A stretch of DNA of 45,236 bases from Candidatus Omnitrophota bacterium. GTDB taxonomy: Bacteria; Omnitrophota; Gorgyraeia; Tantalellales; Tantalellaceae. The DNA is taken from NCBI GenBank assembly GCA_043822885.1, contig JBDRBI010000087.1, positions 1 to 45,236 on the forward strand, written 5' to 3'. The notes beneath the pieces were generated by a model, which was not told where the DNA came from, did not search any database, and saw nothing but the letters and a program-made list of their open reading frames with translations. The translations under genes were made by a program, and so were the position numbers. Below, piece after piece: positions 25,754-35,518 of the stretch. Each line of letters opens with the position of its first letter. Positions within the stretch are counted from its first letter, which is position 1.

Positions 25754-28360
25754 TTATCCTTCCACGTCTATTTCCCTTTTAAACTCCGCTATACGCTCAA
25801 GCGCCTCAAGCGGGGTCATTTTATCGACTTCCATATCTCTCAATTTTTTGATCACAGGATGGTCTTTGAAACTGTCGGAGAAAAAATCTATCTGTTTTTC
25901 CGCAGCTTTTTCCGTATGTTCCGAGAAACGTTTCCGTATGCTTCCTTTGACGGAATCTTTTCTTAAGTTGTCCAATATCTCTTGGGACCTTGTAACAACA
26001 TGCCGCGGCATCCCCGCTAGTTTCGCCACATGTATACCGAAACTTTCGTCGCAGCTTCCCTCTTTGACCTTATAAAGAAAAGCTATATCCTTTCCCCATT
26101 CCTGCACTTCAAGATGATAGTTTTTCACTCCCGTGATCATCTGGCTAAGTTCGGTCAATTCATGATAATGCGTCGCGAACATGACCTTAGACCCGGCAAT
26201 ATTATGATGTAAGTATTCTACCACCGCCCAGGCTATTGATACACCGTCAAAGGTGCTCGTCCCCCTTCCTATCTCATCAAGTATTACGAGGCTCTTTGAT
26301 GTCGCGTTGTTCAGGATATTAGCGGTCTCCAGCATCTCTACCATGAACGTGCTCATGCCCTTATATAACTTGTCAGAGGCGCCTACACGCGTAAAAACCC
26401 TGTCGACTATACCTATATCAGCCTTACTGGCGGGCACAAAGCTCCCGATCTGGGCCATTATGGTTATAATGGCCGTTTGTCTGATAAAAGTTGATTTTCC
26501 GGCCATGTTAGACCCTGTTATTATGAATATCCTGTCGTTTTCGGGGTCCATATTCACGTCATTGGGGACAAAGGCCTTATCTTTAAGTATTTTCTCCAAC
26601 ACAGGATGCCGCCCGTTCTTGATACTCAGAATACCGTCTTCATTGATCCTGGGTCTAGTGTATTTGTTGCAAACGGCGGTCTCCGCTAAACTCGATACAA
26701 CATCCAGTTCTGAGACCGCGTCCGCTGTCCTCTTAAGCCTTTCTATATGAGAACCTATTTTTTCTCTGAGCTCACAAAATATTTCATATTCCAGATTTTT
26801 TAGCTTTTCTTCGGATCCTATAATACGCGTTTCTTTCTCTTTTAGCTCTTCCGTGATAAAGCGTTCCGCGTTCACTAGGGTCTGTTTACGCACATAATCT
26901 TCGGGAACATCGTCGATCTTGGATCTCGTCACTTCTATGTAATACCCGAATACTTTATTAAAACCAACCTTCAATGAATTGATGCCCGTTCTCTCTATTT
27001 CTTTTCTCTGAAGCTCCTGCAGCCAGTCTTTGCCTCCGGAGACGAAGGATCTAAGCTCATCCGCGTTCTTATTGTAGCCTTTCCGTATCAATCCGCCGTC
27101 CTTTATGGTAACCGGAGGGGAATCCACTAAAGCATTGTCCGCCTCGGAGATGATCCCGTCAAAATTGTCCAACCGGGAAACAAGGTCTTTTATCATGCGG
27201 GGCATGTTTCCTTTAATGGCCGCGCGCAATTCTCTTATCTTTTTCAGTGACGCGGAAAGGGACCTGACATCTCTCGCGTTAGCTGTTCCCAAGCTCATCT
27301 TATTGGAAAGCCTTTCCGTATCATAAACCGCTCCCAACAGTTCCCTTGCGTCTTCACATACAAAAGTATTGTCATAAAAATACTGTACAGCATCAAGCCT
27401 TTCCATTATTTGTTCTTTATTTACCAAGGGGTTCAGGATATACCGTTTAAGCTTACGCTTTCCCATAGGCGTTTTTGTCCTGTCCAGGATATCCAATAAA
27501 GTGCCGCTTTCGGACATATCATCGTTATTCTGCAAGAGTTCAAGATGGCGCTGCGAATTCCTGTCCAGACTCATATGCTGACTCACATGATATGTAGAGA
27601 TACTGTTTATATTCTTAAGACGCGCTCTTTGTGTATTCTCAAGATATTTTAAGAGAGCTCCGGCCGCGCCCACAGCCACGGGCATATCATGACACCCGAA
27701 CCCCTCCAGGGTGTCCACGGAAAAATGTTTTTTCATATCTTTTACGGACGTCTTTGTGTCAAACATCCAGTCTTCTTCTTTGGTGACCGCGTTTAGTGTT
27801 ATATCTTCCGCTTTCTTGAAATTCTCATCATCATAAAGTGAGGCCGGGACAAGGCATTCCGACGGGGATATTTTATATAATTCTGTCGAGAGTTCCTGCG
27901 GAGTGTCGAGTTCTGTGACCCTGAATTCACCCGTAGAGATATCGGCATATGCCAAGCCGAACTTCTTCTTATCAAAATTAAGCGCCAGGATATAATTATT
28001 TACGGCGCCTTCCAGTATTTCATCGGCAATGAAAGTTCCCGGAGTTATCACCCTGGTGATCTTTCTTTCGACAAGTTTCTTCCCGGGCAGGGGTTCTTCT
28101 ATCTGTTCGCATATAGCTACTTTTTTTCCGTGCCTAATGAGACGCGCTATATAATTTTTAGCCGCGTGATGGGGAACCCCGCACATCGGCACTTTGTTCC
28201 CTCTTGAAGTCAGTGTAATATGCAGTATTTTTGAGGCTTCTAAAGCATCCTCAAAGAACATTTCATAAAAATCGCCGAGTCTAAAAAAGAGTATGGAATC
28301 TTTTTGTTCCCGTTTTATATCCAAATATTGCCGCATCATCGGTGTAAGTTCTGTTCCCAT
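25754..28360 (-). CDS. mutS: DNA mismatch repair protein MutS
   Basis: TPMMRQYLDIK, GDFYEMF, Walker A TGSNMAGKST, DEIGRGTST, ATHYHEL. The ATG start is at 28358-28360 after GGAGGAAA. The track ORF begins at an upstream TTG (28378). Confidence 0.95.
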   Translation of the reverse strand: MGTELTPMMRQYLDIKREQKDSILFFRLGDFYEMFFEDALEASKILHITLTSRGNKVPMCGVPHHAAKNYIARLIRHGKKVAICEQIEEPLPGKKLVERKITRVITPGTFIADEILEGAVNNYILALNFDKKKFGLAYADISTGEFRVTELDTPQELSTELYKISPSECLVPASLYDDENFKKAEDITLNAVTKEEDWMFDTKTSVKDMKKHFSVDTLEGFGCHDMPVAVGAAGALLKYLENTQRARLKNINSISTYHVSQHMSLDRNSQRHLELLQNNDDMSESGTLLDILDRTKTPMGKRKLKRYILNPLVNKEQIMERLDAVQYFYDNTFVCEDARELLGAVYDTERLSNKMSLGTANARDVRSLSASLKKIRELRAAIKGNMPRMIKDLVSRLDNFDGIISEADNALVDSPPVTIKDGGLIRKGYNKNADELRSFVSGGKDWLQELQRKEIERTGINSLKVGFNKVFGYYIEVTRSKIDDVPEDYVRKQTLVNAERFITEELKEKETRIIGSEEKLKNLEYEIFCELREKIGSHIERLKRTADAVSELDVVSSLAETAVCNKYTRPRINEDGILSIKNGRHPVLEKILKDKAFVPNDVNMDPENDRIFIITGSNMAGKSTFIRQTAIITIMAQIGSFVPASKADIGIVDRVFTRVGASDKLYKGMSTFMVEMLETANILNNATSKSLVILDEIGRGTSTFDGVSIAWAVVEYLHHNIAGSKVMFATHYHELTELSQMITGVKNYHLEVQEWGKDIAFLYKVKEGSCDESFGIHVAKLAGMPRHVVTRSQEILDNLRKDSVKGSIRKRFSEHTEKAAEKQIDFFSDSFKDHPVIKKLRDMEVDKMTPLEALERIAEFKREIDVEG

Positions 28361-28382
28361 TTTCCTCCGGACGATCAAAATT

Positions 28383-28445
28383 AAAAGGCCAGAATGCCAA
28401 AAGTGCCGGATATTATGTTCCTCACTTTGACTCTTCTGGCCTTTT
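28383..28445 (-). terminator. Terminator-like long hairpin downstream of rplQ
   Basis: The minus strand reads AAAAGGCCAGAA...(bulged inner stem CAAAGTG/CACTTTTG)...TTCTGGCCTTTT followed by AATTTTGAT. It lies between the rplQ stop (28474) and the mutS start. Confidence 0.45.
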
Positions 28446-28473
28446 GCCTAGACATTTTACAACACCACGGTCT

Positions 28474-29091
28474 TTATATCGACTTGCGCTGGAATCTTTT
28501 GAATAGCCCTTTCTTTTCTCTTTTTTTCTGCTCAGTTTTTGCTTTCTCTTTCTTTACAGCTAAATTTGTGTGTTCTTCTTTTTTGCTAATTTCAGTTTTA
28601 GTCTTGGCCTCTTCTTTTTCCTCATCTTTAGGCTGTTTGTCTTTAGCTAGATCTTCCGCTTTACCCTTTTTTGTTTTCTCTTTTTTCTCTTTTATTTTAT
28701 CTTCGCCCAAAAGCTTATCATCAGAGATCGAGCGTCTTGAGAGTTCCATAATAACGGTCCTGGCTCCGTCTCCTCTTCTGTTTCCCAAGGCCATTATCCT
28801 TGTGTATCCGCCGGGAACATCCTTAAAGAGAGGCGCTATATCATTAAAAAGCGTGGTCACGGAAGCTCTATTGCACAGCTTCTTGAATGCCAGTCTTCTT
28901 GCGTTCACGGATTCCGGATTGTTTTTAGCCAATGTTATTAACGGTTCCGCGAAACTTCTTAATGCTTTGGCCTTAGCCATTGTCGTCTCTATCCTCTGGT
29001 ATTTCAAAAGATCCATAGTTAAACTTTTCAGCGTGGCCTTTCTCCAGCTGGTACGCCTGTTAAGTCTGCCTTTCTTTTTCTTATGTCTCAT
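28474..29091 (-). CDS. rplQ: 50S ribosomal protein L17 with a Lys/Glu-rich C-terminal extension of about 85 aa
   Basis: MRHKKKKGRLNRRTSWRKATL...GGYTRI core, then a tail EDKIKEKKEKTKKGKAEDLAKDKQPKDEEKEEAKTKTE... Confidence 0.95.
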   Translation of the reverse strand: MRHKKKKGRLNRRTSWRKATLKSLTMDLLKYQRIETTMAKAKALRSFAEPLITLAKNNPESVNARRLAFKKLCNRASVTTLFNDIAPLFKDVPGGYTRIMALGNRRGDGARTVIMELSRRSISDDKLLGEDKIKEKKEKTKKGKAEDLAKDKQPKDEEKEEAKTKTEISKKEEHTNLAVKKEKAKTEQKKREKKGLFKRFQRKSI

Positions 29092-29115
29092 TATTATCCC
29101 TTCAAATTTTATCGG

Positions 29116-30090
29116 TTATTCTTCGTCAAGTTCCATCCCTAGCTGTATACCCATAGATGAGAGAACGTCATTGATCTCATTTAAGGATTTTTTACCGAAA
29201 TTCTTATATTTAAGCATTTCCGATTCTTTTCTACCTACCAGGTCCCCTATAGTACGTATGTTGGCTTCCGCTAAACAATTAGAACTTCTGACCGAAAGTT
29301 CCAATTCAGATATGGGTTTGGCAAGTTTCGTCTCAAGTTCTTTTCTTCCCTTTGTGCCTTCTTCCTCTTCTTCCATATCCTCGGGCAATTGACCTATTGT
29401 CAAAAAGATATCCAGATGCCGCTGCAGGATATTTGACGCGTACAGAAGCGCCTCTTTAGGGTCCAGACTGCCGTTCGTGTATACTTCCATAACCAGTTTA
29501 TCATAATCGGTTATATGCCCTACCCTTGTGTTCTCAACATCAATATTTACCCTTTTTACCGGAGAGAATAAAGCATCTATAGGTATAACCCCTACAGCAT
29601 CATCCTCTGTTTTATTCCTATCGGACGGCACATATCCTCTGCCGCGTTCTACTTTCAATTCCATCTCGAACTTTACGTCTTCTGTTAACGTAGCTATATG
29701 ATGTTCCGGGTTTATTATCTCTATAGTGTCATCATGCTGTATGTCTTTTGCCTTGATCTCACCGCTTTTATTGACACTTATTGTCATAGGCTTTGGGCTT
29801 TTAAAATGAGATCTAAGGACTAGTCCTTTTATGTTCATTACGATCTGCGATATATCCTCGTAAACACCCGGGAGAGACGCGAACTCATGCAGAACTTTGT
29901 CTATTTTTATCTGAGTTACAGCTGTTCCCTCGATAGACGAGAGCAAAACTCTACGCAGTGAGTTCCCTACAGTTATTCCATAACCTTTTTCAAAAGGTTC
30001 CGCCACGATCTTCCCGTAATTAGAGGTATATGTACCTTCATCAAAAATTATTCCTCTGGGTAATTCAAAATTCTTCAGTTTCATGCTCAT
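29116..30090 (-). CDS. rpoA: DNA-directed RNA polymerase alpha subunit
   Basis: GNSLRRVLLSSIEGTAV N-domain; C-terminal domain ELSVRSSNCLAEANIRTIGDLV. Confidence 0.97.
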   Translation of the reverse strand: MSMKLKNFELPRGIIFDEGTYTSNYGKIVAEPFEKGYGITVGNSLRRVLLSSIEGTAVTQIKIDKVLHEFASLPGVYEDISQIVMNIKGLVLRSHFKSPKPMTISVNKSGEIKAKDIQHDDTIEIINPEHHIATLTEDVKFEMELKVERGRGYVPSDRNKTEDDAVGVIPIDALFSPVKRVNIDVENTRVGHITDYDKLVMEVYTNGSLDPKEALLYASNILQRHLDIFLTIGQLPEDMEEEEEGTKGRKELETKLAKPISELELSVRSSNCLAEANIRTIGDLVGRKESEMLKYKNFGKKSLNEINDVLSSMGIQLGMELDEE

Positions 30091-30133
30091 TTACAAGCCC
30101 CCCTTAATATTTTCCTTACAATAAAATTACGTC

Positions 30134-30763
30134 TTATTTCGAGTACAACTCTACTATGAGGTTTTCTTCTATCGCCATACCCATATCTTCCTTGGTAGGC
30201 ATTTTCATTATTTTTACAGCAAGCGCCTTTGGATCCGCTTCTAACCAATCGGGGGTGCCTCTATCTTCCAGTATTTTCGCTGTTTCTCGAATATCTTTAA
30301 GCTGCGTATCCTTCCCTTTTACTGTCACTTCATCCCCGATAGAAACAAGGTATGAAGGAATATTCACTCTGCGGCCATTGACCTTCACAAATTTGTGCCC
30401 TACCATCTGCCTGGCGGCGTTACGTGAAGCCGCGAATGACGCTCTGTATATCACATTATCAAGCCGTCTTTCAAGCAGCTGAAGCAGAATTTCACCTGTC
30501 GCGCCTTTAGATCTTTCGGCCTTTATAAAGTAGTTCCTGAACTGCTTTTCTAAAATACCATACAGCCTTTTAGCTTTTTGTTTTTCTCTCAGCTGCGTAG
30601 CATAATCAGATGTTTTTCTTCGTCTCTTGTTCCCATGCTGTCCGGGAGCATACTCTCTCTTCAAAAAAGCGCATTTAGCGGAAGAACATCTTGTGCCTTT
30701 TAAAAAGAGCTTAGTCCCTTCTCTTCTGCATTGTCTGCAAGATGCCGTTGTTACTCTAGCCAT
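30134..30763 (-). CDS. rpsD: 30S ribosomal protein S4
   Basis: CRQCRREGTKLFLKGTRC, YGILEKQFRNYF, and an S4 RNA-binding domain. Confidence 0.97.
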   Translation of the reverse strand: MARVTTASCRQCRREGTKLFLKGTRCSSAKCAFLKREYAPGQHGNKRRRKTSDYATQLREKQKAKRLYGILEKQFRNYFIKAERSKGATGEILLQLLERRLDNVIYRASFAASRNAARQMVGHKFVKVNGRRVNIPSYLVSIGDEVTVKGKDTQLKDIRETAKILEDRGTPDWLEADPKALAVKIMKMPTKEDMGMAIEENLIVELYSK

Positions 30764-30793
30764 ATTTTATCTCCTTGAAATAACATTTTTGTT

Positions 30794-30865
30794 TGATGTG
30801 TTATGTGTGATGTTCGTAGCGCTGTTTTAGTCATTACACATTACACTTTACACATTACACAATAC
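30794..30865 (-). repeat. Heptad tract (sense TGTGTAA x4-5) after the rpsK stop, plus a complementary arm; same sequence family as 31837-31914
   Basis: The plus strand reads tcattac acattac actttac acattac acaatac (30831-30865). The arm tgatgtgttatgtgtgatg (30794-30812) can pair with it, 13 of 15 bp in the segment I checked. Confidence 0.75.
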
Positions 30866-31258
30866 CTAAACTCTTCTTCTCTTCTTCTCTCTGCATCCAT
30901 TATGCGGAGTTGGTGTCAGATCTAAGATACCTTTAACATTAAATCCTTCTGCCCTTACGCTTCTTACAGCGCTTTCTTTACCCGGACCGGGTCCTCTTAA
31001 AATGATCTCGACATCTCTAAGTCCGTGATTTTTAGCTTTCATGACCGCGTCTTTCGCGGCCTTACTTGCCGCAAACGGTGTAGATTTTCTGGATCCTTTA
31101 AATCCCACCATTCCGGGAGAGCTCCAGCATAATACTTTGCCTTCTTTATCCGTTACGGTAACTATAGTATTGTTAAACGTCGCGTGAACAAATACTTTGC
31201 CGCTGGAAACCTTTACCAGTATTTTTTTACGCTTTTTTGTCTTAGCTTTCTTTTGCAT
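30866..31258 (-). CDS. rpsK: 30S ribosomal protein S11
   Basis: VHATFNNTIVTVTD, GFKGSRKSTPFAA, PHNGCR. Confidence 0.97.
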   Translation of the reverse strand: MQKKAKTKKRKKILVKVSSGKVFVHATFNNTIVTVTDKEGKVLCWSSPGMVGFKGSRKSTPFAASKAAKDAVMKAKNHGLRDVEIILRGPGPGKESAVRSVRAEGFNVKGILDLTPTPHNGCREKKRRRV

Positions 31259-31414
31259 TTATAGCCTTCCTTGTTTAGTCGTAACTCGTTATTCGTTATT
31301 CGGTCTTGCTTCTTTTTCTAGTCACCCGGTGACCTGCTTGCCCCGAGCGAAGCCGAGGGGGTGACTGGGTAACTGGTGACTAGTTCATTTTGCTCACTTC
31401 TATTGTACTCCTGA

Positions 31415-31810
31415 TCATTCTTTTGTTGCCGTCCTAGCGGTTCTATCCTTAAACGCTCCTATGGTTTTCTTAGGGCCTTTCCTGGTGCGCGCGTTTGTTT
31501 TTGTTCTCTGACCTCGTACGGGAAGATTGCGTTTGTGACGTGTTCCCCTGTACGCGCCGATACTCATAAGACGTTTGATATTACTCATCTGCATACGCCG
31601 CAGATCACCTTCGACCTGGTACGATTCCTGGATTATACGCGTTATAGCCAGTATTTCCTGGTCATCAATATCCTTTGCCCTCTTGTCGGGGGAAATATTA
31701 GCTTCTTTAAGAATGTCCTTTGATGTCTTTAATCCTATACCAAAGATATACGTCAATGCTATCTCTATTCTTTTGGCTTCCGGTATATCCACACCTAATA
31801 TTCTCGGCAT
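31415..31810 (-). CDS. rpsM: 30S ribosomal protein S13
   Basis: [10 protein letters not shown]...ALTYIFGIG...[23 protein letters not shown]. Confidence 0.97.
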   Translation of the reverse strand: MPRILGVDIPEAKRIEIALTYIFGIGLKTSKDILKEANISPDKRAKDIDDQEILAITRIIQESYQVEGDLRRMQMSNIKRLMSIGAYRGTRHKRNLPVRGQRTKTNARTRKGPKKTIGAFKDRTARTATKE

Positions 31811-31836
31811 CTTTGTCTCCTTTAAATAGCCATTTT

Positions 31837-31914
31837 TGTGTTATGTGTGATGAGTGATGTGTTATGCTTTATCTTTTCATCTCTCATTATGCATAACACA
31901 TCACACATAACACA
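31837..31914 (-). repeat. Long imperfect hairpin built from TGTGTTA/TGTGTGA heptads between rpmJ and rpsM
   Basis: tgtgttatgtgtgatgagtgatgtgttatgc (31837-31867) pairs with gcataacacatcacacataacaca (31891-31914). The sense heptads are TGTGTTA TGTGTGA TGTGTTA TGCATAA TGAGAGA TGAAAAG. Confidence 0.8.
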
Positions 31915-31917
31915 GCT

Positions 31918-32031
31918 TTATCCCTGTCTCTGTTTATGTTTAGGGTCTTTACAAATGATCCTAACAACGCCTTTTCTGCGTACTACTTTACAATGCGTGC
32001 ACATTTTTCTGACACTTGGTCTTACTTTCAT
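31918..32031 (-). CDS. rpmJ: 50S ribosomal protein L36 (37 aa; too short for the ORF track)
   Basis: Hand translation gives [37 protein letters not shown], the canonical zinc-ribbon L36. It lies 2 nt downstream of infA. Confidence 0.9.
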   Translation of the reverse strand: MKVRPSVRKMCTHCKVVRRKGVVRIICKDPKHKQRQG

Positions 32032-32033
32032 AA

Positions 32034-32255
32034 TTATTTCTCTCTTTGTATTATTCTTCCCCGGTCCAGATCATATGGAGATAATTCCACAGTGACGGTG
32101 TCTCCGGGTACTATTCTGATAAAATACATCCTCATTTTTCCTGAAACATGCGCAAGTACAATATGCCCGCTCTCGAGTTTCACTTTAAACATCGCATTGG
32201 GCAAAGTTTCCACTATTTCGCCTGTAGTGACGATCGCTTCTTCTTTAGGGCTCAT
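32034..32255 (-). CDS. infA: Translation initiation factor IF-1
   Basis: S1-like fold: [57 protein letters not shown]. Confidence 0.97.
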   Translation of the reverse strand: MSPKEEAIVTTGEIVETLPNAMFKVKLESGHIVLAHVSGKMRMYFIRIVPGDTVTVELSPYDLDRGRIIQREK

Positions 32256-32995
32256 GTTATTATCTCCGCTTTTTCTTTTCCTACGATCACGGTATCCTCA
32301 AAATGAGCGGATAGTTTCCCGTCTTTCGTTACCGCGGTCCACCCATCCGGTCCAACCTCTACCTCTCTTGTTCCCGCATTGATCATAGGTTCTATTGCAA
32401 GAACAAGTCCCTCTTTTAGTAAAAGCCCTTTTCCCGGCTCCCCCCAATTAGGCACTTCGGGAGATTCATGGAGTTCTCTTCCTATACCATGCCCGACAAA
32501 AGATCTGACTTCTTCGTATCCTTCGTCACGCGCTATAGTTTCAACGACATTCGAGATATCCGAAACGTGTCCTCCGTCCTTGGCTTTCTTTACCGCTTCT
32601 TGAAGGCATCTTCGAGTTACCTCTATCAAGCGTGCCGCATCATCGCTTATTTTTCCGATACAAAACGTTCTGGCCGCGTCAGTAAAAAATCCGTCTTTTT
32701 TGACCCCAATGTCTATGCTTACGATATCGCCTTCAGTAAGAATTGTCCTTTTCGACGGTATGCCATGCACTACCACTTCATTCACCGAGGCGCAAATAGA
32801 TGCCGGATATCCTCTGTAACCTTTAAAAGCCGGCTCAGCTCCGTATTCTCGTATAAAAGTTTCTACCATTCTATCGATGTCAGAGGTCGTTACCCCCTCT
32901 TTTATCTCAGACTCTATCAGTCTAAAAACTTCGCGCATGATCTTGCCCGAATTTTTTATCTTTAGAATGTCTTTCTTTTTTTTAAGAATTGTCAT
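32252..32995 (-). CDS. map: Type I methionine aminopeptidase
   Basis: [25 protein letters not shown] metal-ligand motifs. The start is at Met23 (ATG 32993-32995). The track ORF extends to 33061 inside adk. Confidence 0.93.
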   Translation of the reverse strand: MTILKKKKDILKIKNSGKIMREVFRLIESEIKEGVTTSDIDRMVETFIREYGAEPAFKGYRGYPASICASVNEVVVHGIPSKRTILTEGDIVSIDIGVKKDGFFTDAARTFCIGKISDDAARLIEVTRRCLQEAVKKAKDGGHVSDISNVVETIARDEGYEEVRSFVGHGIGRELHESPEVPNWGEPGKGLLLKEGLVLAIEPMINAGTREVEVGPDGWTAVTKDGKLSAHFEDTVIVGKEKAEIIT

Positions 32996-33650
32996 CAATA
33001 AGACCCTCTTCTTGAAAAAGGGTATATATTTCTTCAAAGAGCTTTCCTGCCTGTAAGTCACCGTTAACTTCTCTAAGCAGTCCTACGTTCGCATAATAAT
33101 CTATAAGGCCTTTTGTCCTTTCCTCGTAAACAGTCAGACGATTTTTTACTATTTCAGGACTATCATCTTCCCTCTGAATAAGTTCTATTCCACAGGTATC
33201 ACATATTCCATTTTTTTTCGGCGGGATGTTCTTTATATGGTAATTCATGCCGCATTTAGTGCAAACCCGTCGCCCCGAAAGTCTACTTACAGACATTTCT
33301 TTCGATGTGCTAAAATACAGCACAACGTCTAATTCTTTATTAACTTCTTTCAAAGATCTATCTAAGGTTTCTGCCTGGTTCCTGGTCCTGGGATAACCGT
33401 CAAGCATGATGCCTATCGCGGCATCAGGTCTTTTTACACGTTCCAGCACAGCGCGTGTAACAATATCATCCGGAACAAGCTCTCCGGAATTCATGCACTT
33501 TTGTATCTCTTTGCCCAGCTCTCCGCCTTCCCTAACACATTCTCTCAGCATATCACCCGTAGAAACATGTAAAAAACCGTAGCGCTCTTTTAGTATTGCC
33601 GCTTGCGTACCTTTTCCCGCTCCGGGAGGTCCCAATAATACTAGGTTCAT
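32982..33650 (-). CDS. adk: Adenylate kinase with Cys4 zinc lid
   Basis: P-loop GPPGAGKGTQA; lid CTKCGMNYH...CDTCG. Confidence 0.96.
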   Translation of the reverse strand: MNLVLLGPPGAGKGTQAAILKERYGFLHVSTGDMLRECVREGGELGKEIQKCMNSGELVPDDIVTRAVLERVKRPDAAIGIMLDGYPRTRNQAETLDRSLKEVNKELDVVLYFSTSKEMSVSRLSGRRVCTKCGMNYHIKNIPPKKNGICDTCGIELIQREDDSPEIVKNRLTVYEERTKGLIDYYANVGLLREVNGDLQAGKLFEEIYTLFQEEGLIDDNS

Positions 33651-33666
33651 GGTCTTCTTCCCATTT

Positions 33667-35013
33667 CTATACCCGTCCTCTTACTCTTCCCTTTTTCATA
33701 AAACCTTCATAATGCCTCATTAACATATGCGATTCTATCTGCCGCATAGTATCCAGCATAACGCCTACTACTATCAAAAGTCCTGTACCTCCAAAAAAGC
33801 TTGCCACTAAAAACGGTATTCCTATCTGACTGTTTATAACGCTCGGCAGGATCGCTATGATAGTAAGGAACATAGCACCGGGAAGAGTTATACGCGTCAT
33901 TATAAAATCCAGATACTCGGCTGTTTGCTTTCCCGGTCTTATTCCGGGAACGAACCCTCCGAATCGTTTCATATTGTTAGCCATATCCACAGGATTAAAA
34001 GTTATGGCCGCATAAAAATAACAGAAGAACAATATCAAAAGGGAATATACGACATAGTACAAGGGTTTACCCATCATAAGTGAACTTGCCATTGTCTGAA
34101 GCGCCCTATTCTGAACGAACCCGGCTATAGTCGCGGGAAATAAAATGATCGATTGCGCGAATATGATCGGAATAACACCGCTTTGGTTCACTCTCAGCGG
34201 TATATATGTGCTTTGTCCGCCGTAAATGCGTCTTCCTACCACTCTCTTCGCGTATTGAATGGGTATTTTCCTCTGCCCCTGTGTTATAAGCACCACCGCT
34301 ACGATCACCGATACGAACATCACCGCTAGAAACACTATTTTAAAGGGATCTATCTGCGCTTCTCCTCCTGTCCCCGGAGTAGCCAAAGCGATAAGCTGCA
34401 TAACTGCCGCCGGAAGGCGTGATATAATCCCTGCCGTTATTATTAAAGATATTCCGTTACCTATACCTTTCTCCTGTATCTGCTCTCCAAGCCACATTAT
34501 AAAAGCGGTTCCCGTGGTAAGCGTTACAACTGTCAATATGCGAAAGCCCCATCCGGGAGACGCTACTATCTGCATACCCTGGAAATGAGCGGGGTTTTCC
34601 AGCCACAATGATATAAAGAAAGATTGGATCACCGAAAGAAATATCGTTCCGTAACGTGTATACTGCGTTATGACCTTGCGTCCTTCATCTCCCTGCCTTG
34701 CCAACCGTTCCAAAGCCGGAACAACCGTAGTCAAAAGCTGTAATATGATGGAAGCCGATATGTACGGCATGATACCGAGCGCGAATATGGTCAGTCTTGT
34801 CATAGCGCCGCCGGAAAACATGTTCATTATTCCGAAAAGCGTTCCGCCTTGTGTTTTAGCGATATTATCAAAGAACTGGGCCAGCTTCATGCCGTCGATA
34901 CCCGGAGTAGGCACGAACGCTCCTATACGATAAACCGCGATAAGCCCTATAGTAAAAAGTATTTTCCTTTTGAGATCGGGTATTTTAAAAATATTTGACA
35001 CGGCATCAAGCAT
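33667..35013 (-). CDS. secY: Preprotein translocase subunit SecY
   Basis: A 448-aa, 10-TM profile in the conserved position between rplO and adk. Motifs GIMPYISASI and GQRKIPIQYAKR. Confidence 0.97.
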   Translation of the reverse strand: MLDAVSNIFKIPDLKRKILFTIGLIAVYRIGAFVPTPGIDGMKLAQFFDNIAKTQGGTLFGIMNMFSGGAMTRLTIFALGIMPYISASIILQLLTTVVPALERLARQGDEGRKVITQYTRYGTIFLSVIQSFFISLWLENPAHFQGMQIVASPGWGFRILTVVTLTTGTAFIMWLGEQIQEKGIGNGISLIITAGIISRLPAAVMQLIALATPGTGGEAQIDPFKIVFLAVMFVSVIVAVVLITQGQRKIPIQYAKRVVGRRIYGGQSTYIPLRVNQSGVIPIIFAQSIILFPATIAGFVQNRALQTMASSLMMGKPLYYVVYSLLILFFCYFYAAITFNPVDMANNMKRFGGFVPGIRPGKQTAEYLDFIMTRITLPGAMFLTIIAILPSVINSQIGIPFLVASFFGGTGLLIVVGVMLDTMRQIESHMLMRHYEGFMKKGRVRGRV

Positions 35014-35032
35014 CGTTCATCCCTCGGTTTTT

Positions 35033-35518
35033 TTATTTTTTTGCTATAGCCAGTTTAATGGCTACTACTTCTGTTTTTCCTCCGGCATCTTCTATAGCTT
35101 TTTTAGCTGGAGCAGAAAATGCGTTAGCTTTTACGGTTATAGCTTTACTCAATTTGCCTTTTCCAAGAACTTTGCACGGCAATCTTTTTATTTTCAATAT
35201 TTTATTTTTCAAAAGAAACTCTTTATCTATTACCGTACCGTCTTCTACGGCAAGGGTCTTATCTAAAGTCCCGATGTTTATCACTGCCCATTCTTTTTTA
35301 AATTTATTGGTGAACCCTCTTTTCGGGATACGCCTCACCAGGGGCATCTGTCCCCCTTCAAATCCCGGATTGTAAGTTCCGCCGCCGGATCTGGCCTTCG
35401 CTCCTTTATGACCTTTTCCTGAGGTCTTTCCTTTACCGGAGCCTATACCGCGTCCTTTACGTTTTCCTTTGCGTTTTATACCCTTTGGTTTTCCGATGTC
35501 TTCTATTTTAAGAACCAT
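35033..35518 (-). CDS. rplO: 50S ribosomal protein L15
   Basis: RKGRGIGSGKGKTSGKGHKGAKARSGG. Confidence 0.96.
   Translation of the reverse strand: MVLKIEDIGKPKGIKRKGKRKGRGIGSGKGKTSGKGHKGAKARSGGGTYNPGFEGGQMPLVRRIPKRGFTNKFKKEWAVINIGTLDKTLAVEDGTVIDKEFLLKNKILKIKRLPCKVLGKGKLSKAITVKANAFSAPAKKAIEDAGGKTEVVAIKLAIAKK

Noticed and set aside
28394-29392. A 332-aa plus-strand ORF, the longest plus-strand ORF in the window.
   Set aside because: It lies antisense to rplQ and the 3' end of rpoA. It is Ser/Phe/Leu-rich low complexity produced by the complement of Lys/Glu codons in the L17 tail, and has no motifs.
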